DNA of 64,000 nucleotides, from assembly GCA_044440125.1 (NCBI GenBank), contig JBITAJ010000021.1, positions 160,001 through 224,000 of the forward strand, in the 5' to 3' direction. The notes beneath the pieces were generated by a model, which worked only from the letters and a program-made list of their open reading frames with translations, did no database searches and had not been told where the DNA came from. Both the position numbers and the translations under genes were made by a program. Below, piece after piece: positions 48,733 through 58,595 of the stretch. Source of the DNA: Sedimentisphaeraceae bacterium JB056. Its GTDB lineage: Bacteria > Planctomycetota > Phycisphaerae > Sedimentisphaerales > Sedimentisphaeraceae. Position 1 is the stretch's first letter. Each line of letters opens with the position of its first letter.

Positions 48733-50052
48733 ATGGATACAGAAAACAAAATTCCCTCACCATGGCTATACGTCATAACACTTTATCTGCCATTTGGTAT
48801 ATTAAGTGGGTTCATGCAGCAATTCCCTCTAAATTTTTTCAAGCTCATGGGGATAAGCAACGAACTAATAGGCTTGATTAGCGGAGTAGGCATAATAATG
48901 TCGTTTCGTTTTCTGTATGCACCGTGGCTTGATGGCATCTCAACAAAACGAAAACTTTCATTAGCAGTCCTCATCGCTACCATGATAATAATGTTAGCAA
49001 TATCCATCCTGATATTTTTCAGAATTGATGTAGTTATCCTCTTCTGGATAATGGGATTTATATTGGTACTTATGGCATTTTGCAGCGCTTCCTACGAAAC
49101 CTCCGCCGATGGCTATTACATCCGAGCCCTCAATCCCAAATTGCAGGCTCAATTCATCGGTATAAAAACATTCGCCATTCGCTTCGGCACTCTCACGGCA
49201 GTAATGGGATTGCTTTATGTCGCTACCAAGATAGCAGAGAAGCATGGTGCGGTAAGTGCTGCATCAGAAGACAAAACCGGCTTTTATATCGGCTTCTCAT
49301 TCGCCTATCTTGTAGCGGGCATTCTAATGCTCTTCTTTGCTGTCTGGAATAAATTCACTGTCCCTTTAATAGAGGCGGATAAACCCGTAAAGCATAACAG
49401 CTTTGCGTTAAAAGAGGTTCTTGGCGAATACTTTAGTCAAAAAAGAGTCGCTGTATCGATAATCATTATCCTGCTTTATCGTTTTGGACAGGGATTTCTA
49501 TTAATGCGTAATCCCTTCCTTCTCGACCCTGTAGAAGAAGGAGGCATGAACACGCAGGCAAGCGTAATGCCCTTCTACACTTTCCTGACCGACATTCCAT
49601 GGACAATCATCGGTGGCATATTCGGCGGCTACATCATCAAATGGAAGGGACTGAAAAAAACTTTTATACCACTTGCTTTGTTCATGAGTCTACCCAATCT
49701 ATTCTATGCATGGTTAGCATGGCAGCGTCCCGAAGGCATTATCACTCTTCTCGGAGAGGATCTTAATATCGCTATGCTCATAGGTTCCAGCTTCGAGTCG
49801 CTGGGCTACGGGCTCAGCTTTAGCGCTATTTTCTACTACATGCACATTACCGCAACACTGGCAGGGCGCAACAAGACCTCGATCCTCGCAATATCGCTTT
49901 GTGTAATGAACCTTGGCTTCTCAATACCGATGATGGCAAGCGGCTTCGTACAAGGCGAGATAGGCTATATAAATACGTTCATACTCAGCAGTATTATAGG
50001 ACTACTGGCAATAATAGTAATACCATTCCTTCATATACCGGAGTCGGCATAA
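48733..50052 (+). CDS. MFS transporter, AmpG-like
   Basis: About 12 TM segments; PWLYVITLYLPFG, FLYAPWLD, SASYETSADGYY, LLYRFGQG. Confidence 0.8.
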   Translation: MDTENKIPSPWLYVITLYLPFGILSGFMQQFPLNFFKLMGISNELIGLISGVGIIMSFRFLYAPWLDGISTKRKLSLAVLIATMIIMLAISILIFFRIDVVILFWIMGFILVLMAFCSASYETSADGYYIRALNPKLQAQFIGIKTFAIRFGTLTAVMGLLYVATKIAEKHGAVSAASEDKTGFYIGFSFAYLVAGILMLFFAVWNKFTVPLIEADKPVKHNSFALKEVLGEYFSQKRVAVSIIIILLYRFGQGFLLMRNPFLLDPVEEGGMNTQASVMPFYTFLTDIPWTIIGGIFGGYIIKWKGLKKTFIPLALFMSLPNLFYAWLAWQRPEGIITLLGEDLNIAMLIGSSFESLGYGLSFSAIFYYMHITATLAGRNKTSILAISLCVMNLGFSIPMMASGFVQGEIGYINTFILSSIIGLLAIIVIPFLHIPESA

Positions 50053-51518
50053 TGAGCGATTCAGACAAACGTCCAAACATTTTACTTATCGTAACAGACG
50101 ATCAATGCTATGACACTATCAGTGCGATGGGTAATCCCAATATCCATACGCCTAACCTCGATTCTCTTGTAAATAACGGTTTCGCGTTTTATCGTCATTT
50201 CTGCACTACCCCGATTTGTACACCGGCACGCGCAGAAATTCTTACAGGCTGTCAGTCGTTCAATAATCGCGTACCATGGTTTGGAATGCCGATTGATTCA
50301 CAACTTGAACTGCTGCCGCAAACATTACAAAAAAACGACTACCATACTATGCACATCGGCAAATGGCACAATGATGGTCATCCCAGAGATAAAGGCTACA
50401 ATGTAACCAGACGAGTATTTGGTGAGGACAACCTCAACGACCCGCTCGAAAAAGGACACTACATGCGATTTGAAGAGGATGGTAAACACATAGAAGGGCA
50501 TAGCAGCGAACTATTCACCGATGCCGCTATTGAGGAAATAAGAAAAGCCGATAATGATAAACCGTGGTTTTGCTTCCTCGGCTACTTCGCCCCTCACGAC
50601 CCTCACCATAGCCCGGCTCCATTTGGCACGATGTATTCACAGGATAATATGCCTCTGCCGTCAAATTTCATGCCCGAGCACCCCTACGACAACGGAGCAA
50701 TGATAATCAGAGACGAATTTCTGGAAACATTGCCAAGACGGCACGATGCTATCAAAAAATATCGAAGCCGTTATTACGGCATAATATCTCACCTTGATCA
50801 CAATATCGGTCGGCTCATTGGTGAGCTCAGGAAAACAGACAAACTCGACAACACCATCATTATTTTCACAGGCGACCAGGGCTTAGCGGCTGGAAGCCAC
50901 GGCCTGCTTGGAAAAGAAAGCATGTACGACCACAGCATCGCATCACCACTGATTCTCTGCGGACCGGGCATCGCCGCTGGCGGCAAAAGCAAAGCAATGA
51001 GCCATCACACAGACATCTACCCAACCATTTGCGACTTAGCTAAAATAGCTCGTCCTCAATCAGCATCAGATGGTTTCAGTCTGATGCCAATTATACGAGA
51101 TCAGGTTGATAGCGTCAGAGATGCTGTTCTTTGCGAGTTCTGTATGCCACGTCAGCAGGAAGGTAAGCTTCATCATGTGCAAAGAGCCGTAAGAACCCGG
51201 CATTGGAAACTAATCTGGTACGCCGAATGCAATATGTTCCAGCTTTTCGACCTCGAAAGAGATTCCGAAGAGCTTGTAAACCTGCTCGCACCATGGCGAC
51301 TGAGACACTGGCGATTGCTGGAGCAAGATCCCAAATACAACTATTCAAAAACAAACCGCTGGGCTCCTATTGATTTCAAGCCGAATTACAACTATACGCA
51401 AATAATGAACACAGCTAAAGAGCTTTGGCAAAAAATGCGGCAACTCATGGACAATAACAACGACCCTCTTGAAACACCAGAAAGACCAAATTGCCCTATA
51501 GATACTTCTATAAAATGA
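50052..51518 (+). CDS. Cys-type S1 sulfatase, cytoplasmic (start ATG 50052 in a TAATG overlap, not 49899)
   Basis: RPNILLIVTDDQ, CTPAR, GKWH, APHDP, GDQG, GKESMYD. Confidence 0.93.
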   Translation: MSDSDKRPNILLIVTDDQCYDTISAMGNPNIHTPNLDSLVNNGFAFYRHFCTTPICTPARAEILTGCQSFNNRVPWFGMPIDSQLELLPQTLQKNDYHTMHIGKWHNDGHPRDKGYNVTRRVFGEDNLNDPLEKGHYMRFEEDGKHIEGHSSELFTDAAIEEIRKADNDKPWFCFLGYFAPHDPHHSPAPFGTMYSQDNMPLPSNFMPEHPYDNGAMIIRDEFLETLPRRHDAIKKYRSRYYGIISHLDHNIGRLIGELRKTDKLDNTIIIFTGDQGLAAGSHGLLGKESMYDHSIASPLILCGPGIAAGGKSKAMSHHTDIYPTICDLAKIARPQSASDGFSLMPIIRDQVDSVRDAVLCEFCMPRQQEGKLHHVQRAVRTRHWKLIWYAECNMFQLFDLERDSEELVNLLAPWRLRHWRLLEQDPKYNYSKTNRWAPIDFKPNYNYTQIMNTAKELWQKMRQLMDNNNDPLETPERPNCPIDTSIK

Positions 51519-51526
51519 AAAGCTAA

Positions 51527-52930
51527 ATGAAAAATAACCAAACCAAACCAAACATCATTGTTATAATGGCTGACGATCAAGGCTATGGCGATCTCAGCAT
51601 TTACGGCAACAAATATCTTGCCAATCCAAATATCGAACGACTTGCCGCTAACGGCGTAGTAATGAACCAGCACTACAGCGGCTCACCACTATGCGGACCG
51701 GCACGTGCATCATTTCTTACCGGAAGATACAACCACCGCACCGCCGCTATCAGCGTTGAATCAAATCGATGCCTCGACCGGATAAGCCTGCGTGAAAAAA
51801 CAATGGCAGACTATTTCCGCAATTCCGGGTACTCGACCGCTATGGTCGGTAAATGGCACAACGGCCTTTTTGACCGCCGCTTTCACCCCAACGCACGCGG
51901 ATTCAAGAATTTTGCCGGTTTCCTCAACGGCGGAATGGGTTACTATGACTGGGTGCTCGATTACAACGGCTCGCCGCGGCACTCCAATGGCCAATATCTC
52001 ACCGACGTATTCACCGAAGAGGCCGTGGATTTCATCGGACGCAGCAAGGACAATCCGTTTTTCCTTTATCTCGCCTACAACGCCCCGCACAGCCCGCTTG
52101 AGGCTCCCAGGCATCTTGTCGAAAAATATCAGGCAATGGGCGGACTCAATGAAACCGTCAGCACTATCTACGCGATGATCGAGCAGATGGATACCGGCAT
52201 AGGCCGCATACTTGACAAACTCGATCAGTGCGGCATTGACCAAAACACCATCGTTCTGTTCACCAGTGACAACGGCCCCTGGCTCGGCGATTTCGGCGGC
52301 GGCGACAATTATATGCGGTATAACGGCCCGTTCAGCGGGATGAAGAACTTTTGCCTTGAAGGCGGGATAAGAGTGCCGGCGATAATAAGCTGGCCCGCCG
52401 GCATCCAAGGCGGCAGAACCTGCGATGAGATGATCCATTTCACCGACTGGCTGCCGACACTGTGCTTTACCGCCGGATGCAGGCCGCCCTCAGATGCCCC
52501 GGCTCTCGACGGCTTCGATGTTATGGATGTTCTCCGCGGCAACCGCGAGTTCGAGAACCGCAAGCTCTTCTGGCAGCACAACCGCAACGAACCGGTGCTC
52601 AATTGCAACTCGGCGATGCGCGACGGCGACTGGAAACTCGTCTGGCCGTATCCCGATGGGGCCATCGTCAAAAGCGAGGATGACAACTACTGGTATCACG
52701 AGATGTTCAAACGCGAGCATTTCGAAATGGACGTCGAATACCAGACGCTCTCCCAGCAGATAGACGTTGCCGAAAAGCCTTCGCTCTACAACCTCAAGGA
52801 CGACCCGTCCGAAAAGTACGATCTTGCCGCCGCACAACCGCAGCGGCTCAAAAAAATGCAGACAGAGCTGGAAAACTGGTTCAACCAAGTAGAAAAAGAC
52901 CGCCACGAAAGCATAAAATATACCATATAG
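51527..52930 (+). CDS. Cys-type S1 arylsulfatase-like enzyme, cytoplasmic
   Basis: KPNIIVIMADDQG, CGPAR, GKWHNG, APHSP, SDNGP, EGGIRVP. Confidence 0.94.
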   Translation: MKNNQTKPNIIVIMADDQGYGDLSIYGNKYLANPNIERLAANGVVMNQHYSGSPLCGPARASFLTGRYNHRTAAISVESNRCLDRISLREKTMADYFRNSGYSTAMVGKWHNGLFDRRFHPNARGFKNFAGFLNGGMGYYDWVLDYNGSPRHSNGQYLTDVFTEEAVDFIGRSKDNPFFLYLAYNAPHSPLEAPRHLVEKYQAMGGLNETVSTIYAMIEQMDTGIGRILDKLDQCGIDQNTIVLFTSDNGPWLGDFGGGDNYMRYNGPFSGMKNFCLEGGIRVPAIISWPAGIQGGRTCDEMIHFTDWLPTLCFTAGCRPPSDAPALDGFDVMDVLRGNREFENRKLFWQHNRNEPVLNCNSAMRDGDWKLVWPYPDGAIVKSEDDNYWYHEMFKREHFEMDVEYQTLSQQIDVAEKPSLYNLKDDPSEKYDLAAAQPQRLKKMQTELENWFNQVEKDRHESIKYTI

Positions 52931-52983
52931 AATTCATTGCTAAGTCCCTCTCTATTCCATTGAAAAATCGCTGTAAATAATCT

Positions 52984-53293
52984 TGTAGATTAAACCCATA
53001 AGTGCACCTGAGTCGGTAAATTTCCAGTGAGCTGGTATAGTTACCTCAACGAAAGGCATACGGGAACACCCATACTGCTCGTGGCAGCTTGGGTTAATAA
53101 TAATACAAATGATTTAATCAGGAAGTATATGCCCAAAGGCAGCAATATTTGCCAACTTACTGAACAACAGATTTTGCACGTAATGGACAGGTTGAACAAT
53201 CGGCCAAGAAAATCTTTTGACTATTTGTACGAGACGAGGACTATACTAAAACGATGGCAAAATAGCTACCAATCATTCAAAGACGTAGCCTAA
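52984..53293 (+). pseudogene. IS30-family transposase remnant with a possible left end
   Basis: NNNTNDLIRKYMPKGS...LNNRPRKS matches the IS30 C-terminal NENTNGLIRQYFPKG..LNNRPRK with the catalytic Glu lost. TGTAGATT at 52984 resembles the IS30 terminus. Confidence 0.75.
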
Positions 53294-53311
53294 TGTTTAA
53301 AATGATAGACA

Positions 53312-53358
53312 ACTCAGTGACTATCAGTGAGCTCCCAAACTATGACAGATCACTGAGT
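53312..53358. terminator. Hairpin just downstream of the leftward operon, possible terminator
   Basis: ACTCAGTGA...TCACTGAGT arms; no strong T tail. Confidence 0.35.
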
Positions 53359-53365
53359 CTGAATA

Positions 53366-54508
53366 TCAAATCTTTACCCATGCTCCTGTCGCATGGCTTT
53401 TAAGTACTGCTTCAACTATCAAATCTGCATTATGTCCATCTGCAAACGTCGCAAAATCAATTTCCTTGGACTCACCGGCAATATACCGATACACATTACG
53501 ACAGAAATTCTTTACGGCACTTGGATACCCTTCGTTATGCCCTGCCGGATAGTGTGCATAATCTTTAACCGTATCATCCATCAAAACAGCATCCTTGAGC
53601 ATCAATTGATTAGGCTCATTACGATTGCCCACAGTCAATTCATTAGGCCGTTCATGATCCCACCAAATGCTTTTTTTCGTACCATTAAGTTCAAAAACAA
53701 TATGATTCTTTCTGCCGGATGAAACATGCGAAATACATGTCATGCCTTTGCTGCCGTCATCAAACTGAATTAAGATATGCCCATAACCTTCAGAATCAAT
53801 CTTAACCTCTTCGTAGTCTTCAGGCTTAAGCTGTTTACCGGAAAAAGTCTCAATCTCACCTTTAGGCTTCTTACGATATTCGTGGAGCGTCAGAAGATCA
53901 GAGAAAACTTTTACGATTCTCTTTCCGGTCACAAATTGTATCAAATCAAACCAATGCGAACCGATATCAGATATAACCCTGCTTTGCCCGGCCATTTCAG
54001 GATCCAGTCGCCAGCTCCAGTCAGTATCATAAAGCAGCCAATCCTGCATATAACAGCCCTGAACCGCAAACACCTGACCAAGCTCATCATTACTAACCAT
54101 CGCTCTTGCCTGCTGCACTAACGGATAGTACCGATAGTTGAAATTGACTGCATTAACAAGCCCTTTAGCTTTTGCAAGCTCAACAAGCTCGGCAGATTCT
54201 TCACTATTTATACCAAGCGGCTTTTCACTGACACAATGCTTTCCTGCATTAAGTATGTCTTTGTTCACCTGAAGATGCATGAAATTCGGTGTACAGTTGT
54301 GTATCACATCAAGGCTTTTATCATTGAGCATCTGCCTGTAATCGCCGTAAGCATCAGGAATACACAAACTCTTTGATTTAGCATCAGCCAATTTTTGATT
54401 AGCCTCAGCAACTGCCACGATCTCAACATTACCCAACCGTCTTAAGGCTTCGAGATGAACCGGACCAATATATCCGGTTCCTATTATTCCTGCTTTGATT
54501 TTTTTCAT
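53366..54508 (-). CDS. Gfo/Idh/MocA-family NAD(P)-dependent oxidoreductase
   Basis: GIIGTGYIG, CTPNFMH, EKP, DIGSH. Confidence 0.95.
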   Translation of the reverse strand: MKKIKAGIIGTGYIGPVHLEALRRLGNVEIVAVAEANQKLADAKSKSLCIPDAYGDYRQMLNDKSLDVIHNCTPNFMHLQVNKDILNAGKHCVSEKPLGINSEESAELVELAKAKGLVNAVNFNYRYYPLVQQARAMVSNDELGQVFAVQGCYMQDWLLYDTDWSWRLDPEMAGQSRVISDIGSHWFDLIQFVTGKRIVKVFSDLLTLHEYRKKPKGEIETFSGKQLKPEDYEEVKIDSEGYGHILIQFDDGSKGMTCISHVSSGRKNHIVFELNGTKKSIWWDHERPNELTVGNRNEPNQLMLKDAVLMDDTVKDYAHYPAGHNEGYPSAVKNFCRNVYRYIAGESKEIDFATFADGHNADLIVEAVLKSHATGAWVKI

Positions 54509-54522
54509 ATATCAAACCTGAA

Positions 54523-55554
54523 TTATTTTAACAAATGGGTCATTATCATCAGATCAAGTTCCTCATAATCTCTCTGATCAATCAATGTCTTGAGCTTTGC
54601 ATCATCAAGACTTCTTGAAAGCTCAAGGAGCTTGAGGAAGATCGTTCTGCTGTTAGAAAGGTGCTTGGCGGCAACATTATCCTTCTGGGTCCTCATTGCC
54701 TTAACATCCAGACCAACCCATTCGCCATGCTTTCCATAGTCATACTTATCAAGCAGACGAACCTGATTAAATGCCCTTCTGAGATCAACAGAACCAAATG
54801 ATTTATCCTGATCAAACTTCAAACCATTCTGATCATTGAGATGTACTGACCACAATTTCCTATGTGCAAGTGCATATCCCATCTCATCTGACGGGTCAAG
54901 ACCTGCTAAGATAGAGTGAGCAGACTCTATTACACAACCTACTCGTGAAGCATCGCTCGTAAGCAAACCAAGACCAATTGCATGTCCAATAGTAGGTATA
55001 TATGTATGATCCATAGGCTCGTTTGGTTTTGCCTCAATAGCAATCTTTATATTCGGGTTATGCTTGAGCATAACATCCACAGCATAAGCAATTCTCTCAG
55101 CAGCCTGCACACTGTCTTTTGATTCCCTTATGTATGTACCTTCACGTGCAAGCCAAAGGACAATCAGATTTGTTCCAAGAGCATCCGCTATATCAACGGC
55201 TCTTTTGCTGCGATCAATAGCATACTGCCTGCATTGAGGATCATTATTTGTGTAACCGCCATCAATTGTTCTTTCATCTTCCCAAAGACGCGGAGCTACA
55301 AACTCTGCAATAAGGCCCTCTCCATCAAGTGTATTCTTAAGGTCTTTAGCTTCTTTGACAATTTGATCAGCTGAGAGATCGTTAAGATTAGGTACCGCAT
55401 CATCATCATGAAACTGCACACCGTCAAAACCAAGCTCTTTGTACATTTTCAGCTTTTTGCCAAATTCTACAGTTTTTCTAACTTCAGGGCCAAAGGGATC
55501 TGCTCCCTCATGTATATTCCAAGGGCCAAATGTAAACTTAAATTCACCTGCCAT
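54523..55554 (-). CDS. Xylose isomerase-family protein (short class I type)
   Basis: FTFGPWN..DPFG, FHDDD, WLAREG, EAKPNEP, ESAH, HLNDQ..KFDQD. Confidence 0.85.
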   Translation of the reverse strand: MAGEFKFTFGPWNIHEGADPFGPEVRKTVEFGKKLKMYKELGFDGVQFHDDDAVPNLNDLSADQIVKEAKDLKNTLDGEGLIAEFVAPRLWEDERTIDGGYTNNDPQCRQYAIDRSKRAVDIADALGTNLIVLWLAREGTYIRESKDSVQAAERIAYAVDVMLKHNPNIKIAIEAKPNEPMDHTYIPTIGHAIGLGLLTSDASRVGCVIESAHSILAGLDPSDEMGYALAHRKLWSVHLNDQNGLKFDQDKSFGSVDLRRAFNQVRLLDKYDYGKHGEWVGLDVKAMRTQKDNVAAKHLSNSRTIFLKLLELSRSLDDAKLKTLIDQRDYEELDLMIMTHLLK

Positions 55555-55571
55555 TATAGCAATCCTTTTTA

Positions 55572-56384
55572 CTAACTTAAATATTCAAGTGTTTTCTTCA
55601 ATGATTCTTCGTCTGCCATTTTCGGGAAATATTCGAGGCCGAAACAGCCGTTATATTCAGTGGCATCGATTCTCTTTATGATTTCCGGATAATTAATTTC
55701 CGTATCAAACAACTCCGCCCTGCCAGGCACGCCGGCTGAATGGAAATGCCCGATGATATCAATATTCTTCTCAATGAAATCGAGTATATTACCCTGCATT
55801 ATCTGCATATGATATACATCATAAAGCAGTTTAAGGTTGGGGCTGTTTATCTGCTTGATTATTTTGACTGCCTGTTCGGTCTTATCAAGATAATAACCGG
55901 CATGATCAACCAAGCTATTGAGCGGTTCTATCACCAAAACAACACCTGCTTTTTCAGCCATCTGCGCAGCCTTGCCAAATGCTTCCAAAAGATTATCGTT
56001 CATCTGCTCACAAGTGAGAGCATCCTGAGTCATACCAGAAAGAATAATCCCACGAGGACATTCTATAGCATTCGCAAAGTCAAGCATTCTCTGCCCCTGA
56101 GCAAGCCATTCTGCGTGATCCTCTGAATTAGTCGCATTGCCACCAATAGAACCATCCCACGCACCAAAGGCAAAATCATTAAATTTCACACCATTGGCTT
56201 CAGCTGTTTTCTTCAGTAACCGAGCATCTTTAGGCTGTTCAAAATCTATAATTCCGCCACTAAACGTTCCCTCCGGATGCCAAAACTCGATATATTTATA
56301 TCCTATTTCAGCAATCTTCTGAATCCTCTCTTCAAAAGGAATATCGGTAAAGAAACATTCCGCACATACACTTATATTAGCCAT
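55572..56384 (-). CDS. Hydroxypyruvate isomerase-like TIM-barrel isomerase/epimerase
   Basis: IEPLN..DHAGY, LLYDVYHMQI, HFHSAGVPGR, GLEYFP. Confidence 0.88.
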   Translation of the reverse strand: MANISVCAECFFTDIPFEERIQKIAEIGYKYIEFWHPEGTFSGGIIDFEQPKDARLLKKTAEANGVKFNDFAFGAWDGSIGGNATNSEDHAEWLAQGQRMLDFANAIECPRGIILSGMTQDALTCEQMNDNLLEAFGKAAQMAEKAGVVLVIEPLNSLVDHAGYYLDKTEQAVKIIKQINSPNLKLLYDVYHMQIMQGNILDFIEKNIDIIGHFHSAGVPGRAELFDTEINYPEIIKRIDATEYNGCFGLEYFPKMADEESLKKTLEYLS

Positions 56385-56396
56385 TCTATTTTATCC

Positions 56397-57719
56397 TTAT
56401 TTGAGATATACGCTTAATACTTTGTTTATAGCCGTTGCAATCTGGTTGCAATCATCATCCTGAAGGTTATAGTCGATATCTATCATTATCGCCTTTGAAA
56501 GCAAATCAAGAGACTTTGGACACATATCCTTTGAGTACTTCGGCAAATCTTCTTTTGCAACACCGGCCCATGGCAGATTATCCTTAGCAACAGACTTATA
56601 CTGCAAAATATGTTCCCAATAGTTATATGTATGCCAATCACGAACCTTCTCATTATAAACGCCGCCGGCAGGAACACCCTCAGCCTGGAGTGCAAGAAGC
56701 ACCTTCTTAGCAATCTCTGCCTCTGGCATAAACATTATCAGGCAAATACCAGTATCACCCGCATCATCGGCAAGCCTTCTGAACGAGAGACCCTTGAAAT
56801 TCTCAATAGCATTCTTAATCTTATTCTTAGCCGCAAGATGCTTTGAAACAATAGTTTTAGCCTTATGTATCTGAGCAAGGGCAACAGCCCCTTCAAGCTC
56901 ACTCATGCGATAATTCTCACCGCAGAAAAGATCTTCATTCTCTTTTTCTGGCCCGAATCTATCAGGTCTCCAGCAAGCGGCACAGTCGTGCCAGTTCAAT
57001 GCACGCGTATAAAGCTTTTCATCATTGGTTGTCATGAAGCCACCTTCACCTGAAACAATTACTTTATAGTAATCGAAACTGAAGCAGCCGATAGTACCGA
57101 TACTGCCAAGCATTTGACCATTAAATGAACCACCTGCAGCCTGAGCAACATCTTCAACTACAGGAATACCGTGCTTATTAGCCACGTCCATTATAGCATC
57201 CATCTGCGCTACGCCGCCCCGCATATGTACAGGTACAATAGCCTTTGTTCTTGGCGTTATGACTTTTTCGATAGACTCTGCCGTAATACATAAAGTCTCA
57301 TCAACATCGGCAATCACAGGAATTGCGTTGGAAGAAACGACAGTTGCTGAAGTAGCAAAGAACGTATAGGCAGGAACAATCACCTCATCACCCATGCCGA
57401 TACCAAGAGAACGATACGCCGCAACCAGGGCTGATGTACAGGAATTGGTTGCCATGCAGTATTTTGTTCCGATGAAACTCTTCATAGCTTCTTCGGCTGC
57501 AGATACTTTACTGGGTCTTGGATTGTAATACCGGAAAAGATGCGGGCCTTTAACCTCATCATCAGCAGTAATAATATCTTGTATCTTCTGCATATTATCT
57601 TCGGAAAACTGCCAAAGATCAAGAACCTCCAATAATTCATCTTTACCAATTTTTGTCGGAAAAGGACCAAGCTTATCTGCCGCCTTTTCGCCACCCTCAA
57701 TAGCTAATTTCATTGACAT
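56397..57719 (-). CDS. DegT/DnrJ/EryC1/StrS PLP-dependent sugar aminotransferase (likely start 57719)
   Basis: KLAIEGG, GDEVIVPAYTF, EDVAQA, SFDYYKV (PLP Lys), GEGG, GENYR. RBS GGAG before 57719. Confidence 0.92.
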   Translation of the reverse strand: MSMKLAIEGGEKAADKLGPFPTKIGKDELLEVLDLWQFSEDNMQKIQDIITADDEVKGPHLFRYYNPRPSKVSAAEEAMKSFIGTKYCMATNSCTSALVAAYRSLGIGMGDEVIVPAYTFFATSATVVSSNAIPVIADVDETLCITAESIEKVITPRTKAIVPVHMRGGVAQMDAIMDVANKHGIPVVEDVAQAAGGSFNGQMLGSIGTIGCFSFDYYKVIVSGEGGFMTTNDEKLYTRALNWHDCAACWRPDRFGPEKENEDLFCGENYRMSELEGAVALAQIHKAKTIVSKHLAAKNKIKNAIENFKGLSFRRLADDAGDTGICLIMFMPEAEIAKKVLLALQAEGVPAGGVYNEKVRDWHTYNYWEHILQYKSVAKDNLPWAGVAKEDLPKYSKDMCPKSLDLLSKAIMIDIDYNLQDDDCNQIATAINKVLSVYLK

Positions 57720-57777
57720 AAAAATAACTCCAATTAAATTTTGTTGAATATTAACATAATTGTTATACAATGAGGGC

Positions 57778-57858
57778 ATATACTATGCGCGCAAAAGCCC
57801 GCAGTATACACCAGATGGGTCAGCATCCCTCGCCAAAGTGACTGCTGGCTCATCTTTT
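57778..57858 (+). ncRNA. Candidate small RNA or structured element (two hairpins and a U tail)
   Basis: TTGAAT-16-TACAAT at 57744-57771. A 13-bp stem AGATGGGTCAGCA/TGCTGGCTCATCT with two G-U pairs on this strand, then a short T run. Confidence 0.3.
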
Positions 57859-57886
57859 ACGAATTCAGTTTAAAAATTTCACACTA

Positions 57887-58441
57887 TTAATATCGAGGCG
57901 GATCCATTACAGTGATAAGTTCAAGTTTACCTCTGCCTTTATTGATCAACCTGTGTTTCTGATTGGCCTTTACATAAAACGAATCCCCTTTTTTAAGAGG
58001 CCATTTACCTATATTTTCTATCTCAAGCTCCGCAGAGCTACCCGAAATTATAACACCGCCCAAATCGCAATCATGCATTTCCCATTCAGTCTCACTCTCA
58101 AAGGGAAGTATTATTTCATTCAAAAGCTCAAAACGCATATCACTTCTTTTAGGTAGAAGAAATGTACATGTTCTGTGAGCATCTTTAACCGACTGCATTT
58201 CTGAAGAACGGAAAATAGATTCTTCCGGTTCGCCTGACATCTTTGCAAAGAAAGTTGCTAAATCACTGCCAAGAGCTTTCAATATCTTTGATAAAGTTGC
58301 AATTGTAGGACTGCTCGAGCCCTTTTCAACAGAGACAAGATACGCTGCTGATATACCTGTAAGGCGGCTTAATTCACGAAGAGTTACGCCGTTATCAACT
58401 CTTAGAGACTTTACTGACTGACATATTTCTATTTTTTCCAT
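57887..58441 (-). CDS. XRE HTH plus cupin transcriptional regulator
   Basis: TLRELSRLTGISAAYLVSVEKGSSSPTIATL; cupin GDSFYVKANQKHRLIN. Confidence 0.92.
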   Translation of the reverse strand: MEKIEICQSVKSLRVDNGVTLRELSRLTGISAAYLVSVEKGSSSPTIATLSKILKALGSDLATFFAKMSGEPEESIFRSSEMQSVKDAHRTCTFLLPKRSDMRFELLNEIILPFESETEWEMHDCDLGGVIISGSSAELEIENIGKWPLKKGDSFYVKANQKHRLINKGRGKLELITVMDPPRY

Positions 58442-58595
58442 ATTCCCTCGAAATCACACTATAACACACAAGTCTTGTTACTGTATATGATAACAAAAAG
58501 GTGATAATAGTCAATATATTAAACAGCAAAACATAATACTTTTACAAAATTAAATTCGCATTTTTGTGTAACTGACACTTTATGCAATCTCATTA

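Noticed and set aside
49899..50051. ORF-track N-terminal extensions (49899; also 18054, 22059, 35043, 57779, 60553)
   Set aside because: They overlap neighbouring genes or promoters; downstream ATGs have an RBS or stop-start coupling.
51761..52906. Long antisense and alternate-frame ORFs (225, 138, 128 and 125 aa)
   Set aside because: Shadows of the GC-rich sulfatase; no RBS or motifs recognised.
52998..53020. AAGTGCACCTGAGTCGGT resembles the 3' end of the Cas9 tracrRNA
   Set aside because: Short imperfect match with no cas genes or repeat-spacer array; it lies in an IS30 remnant.
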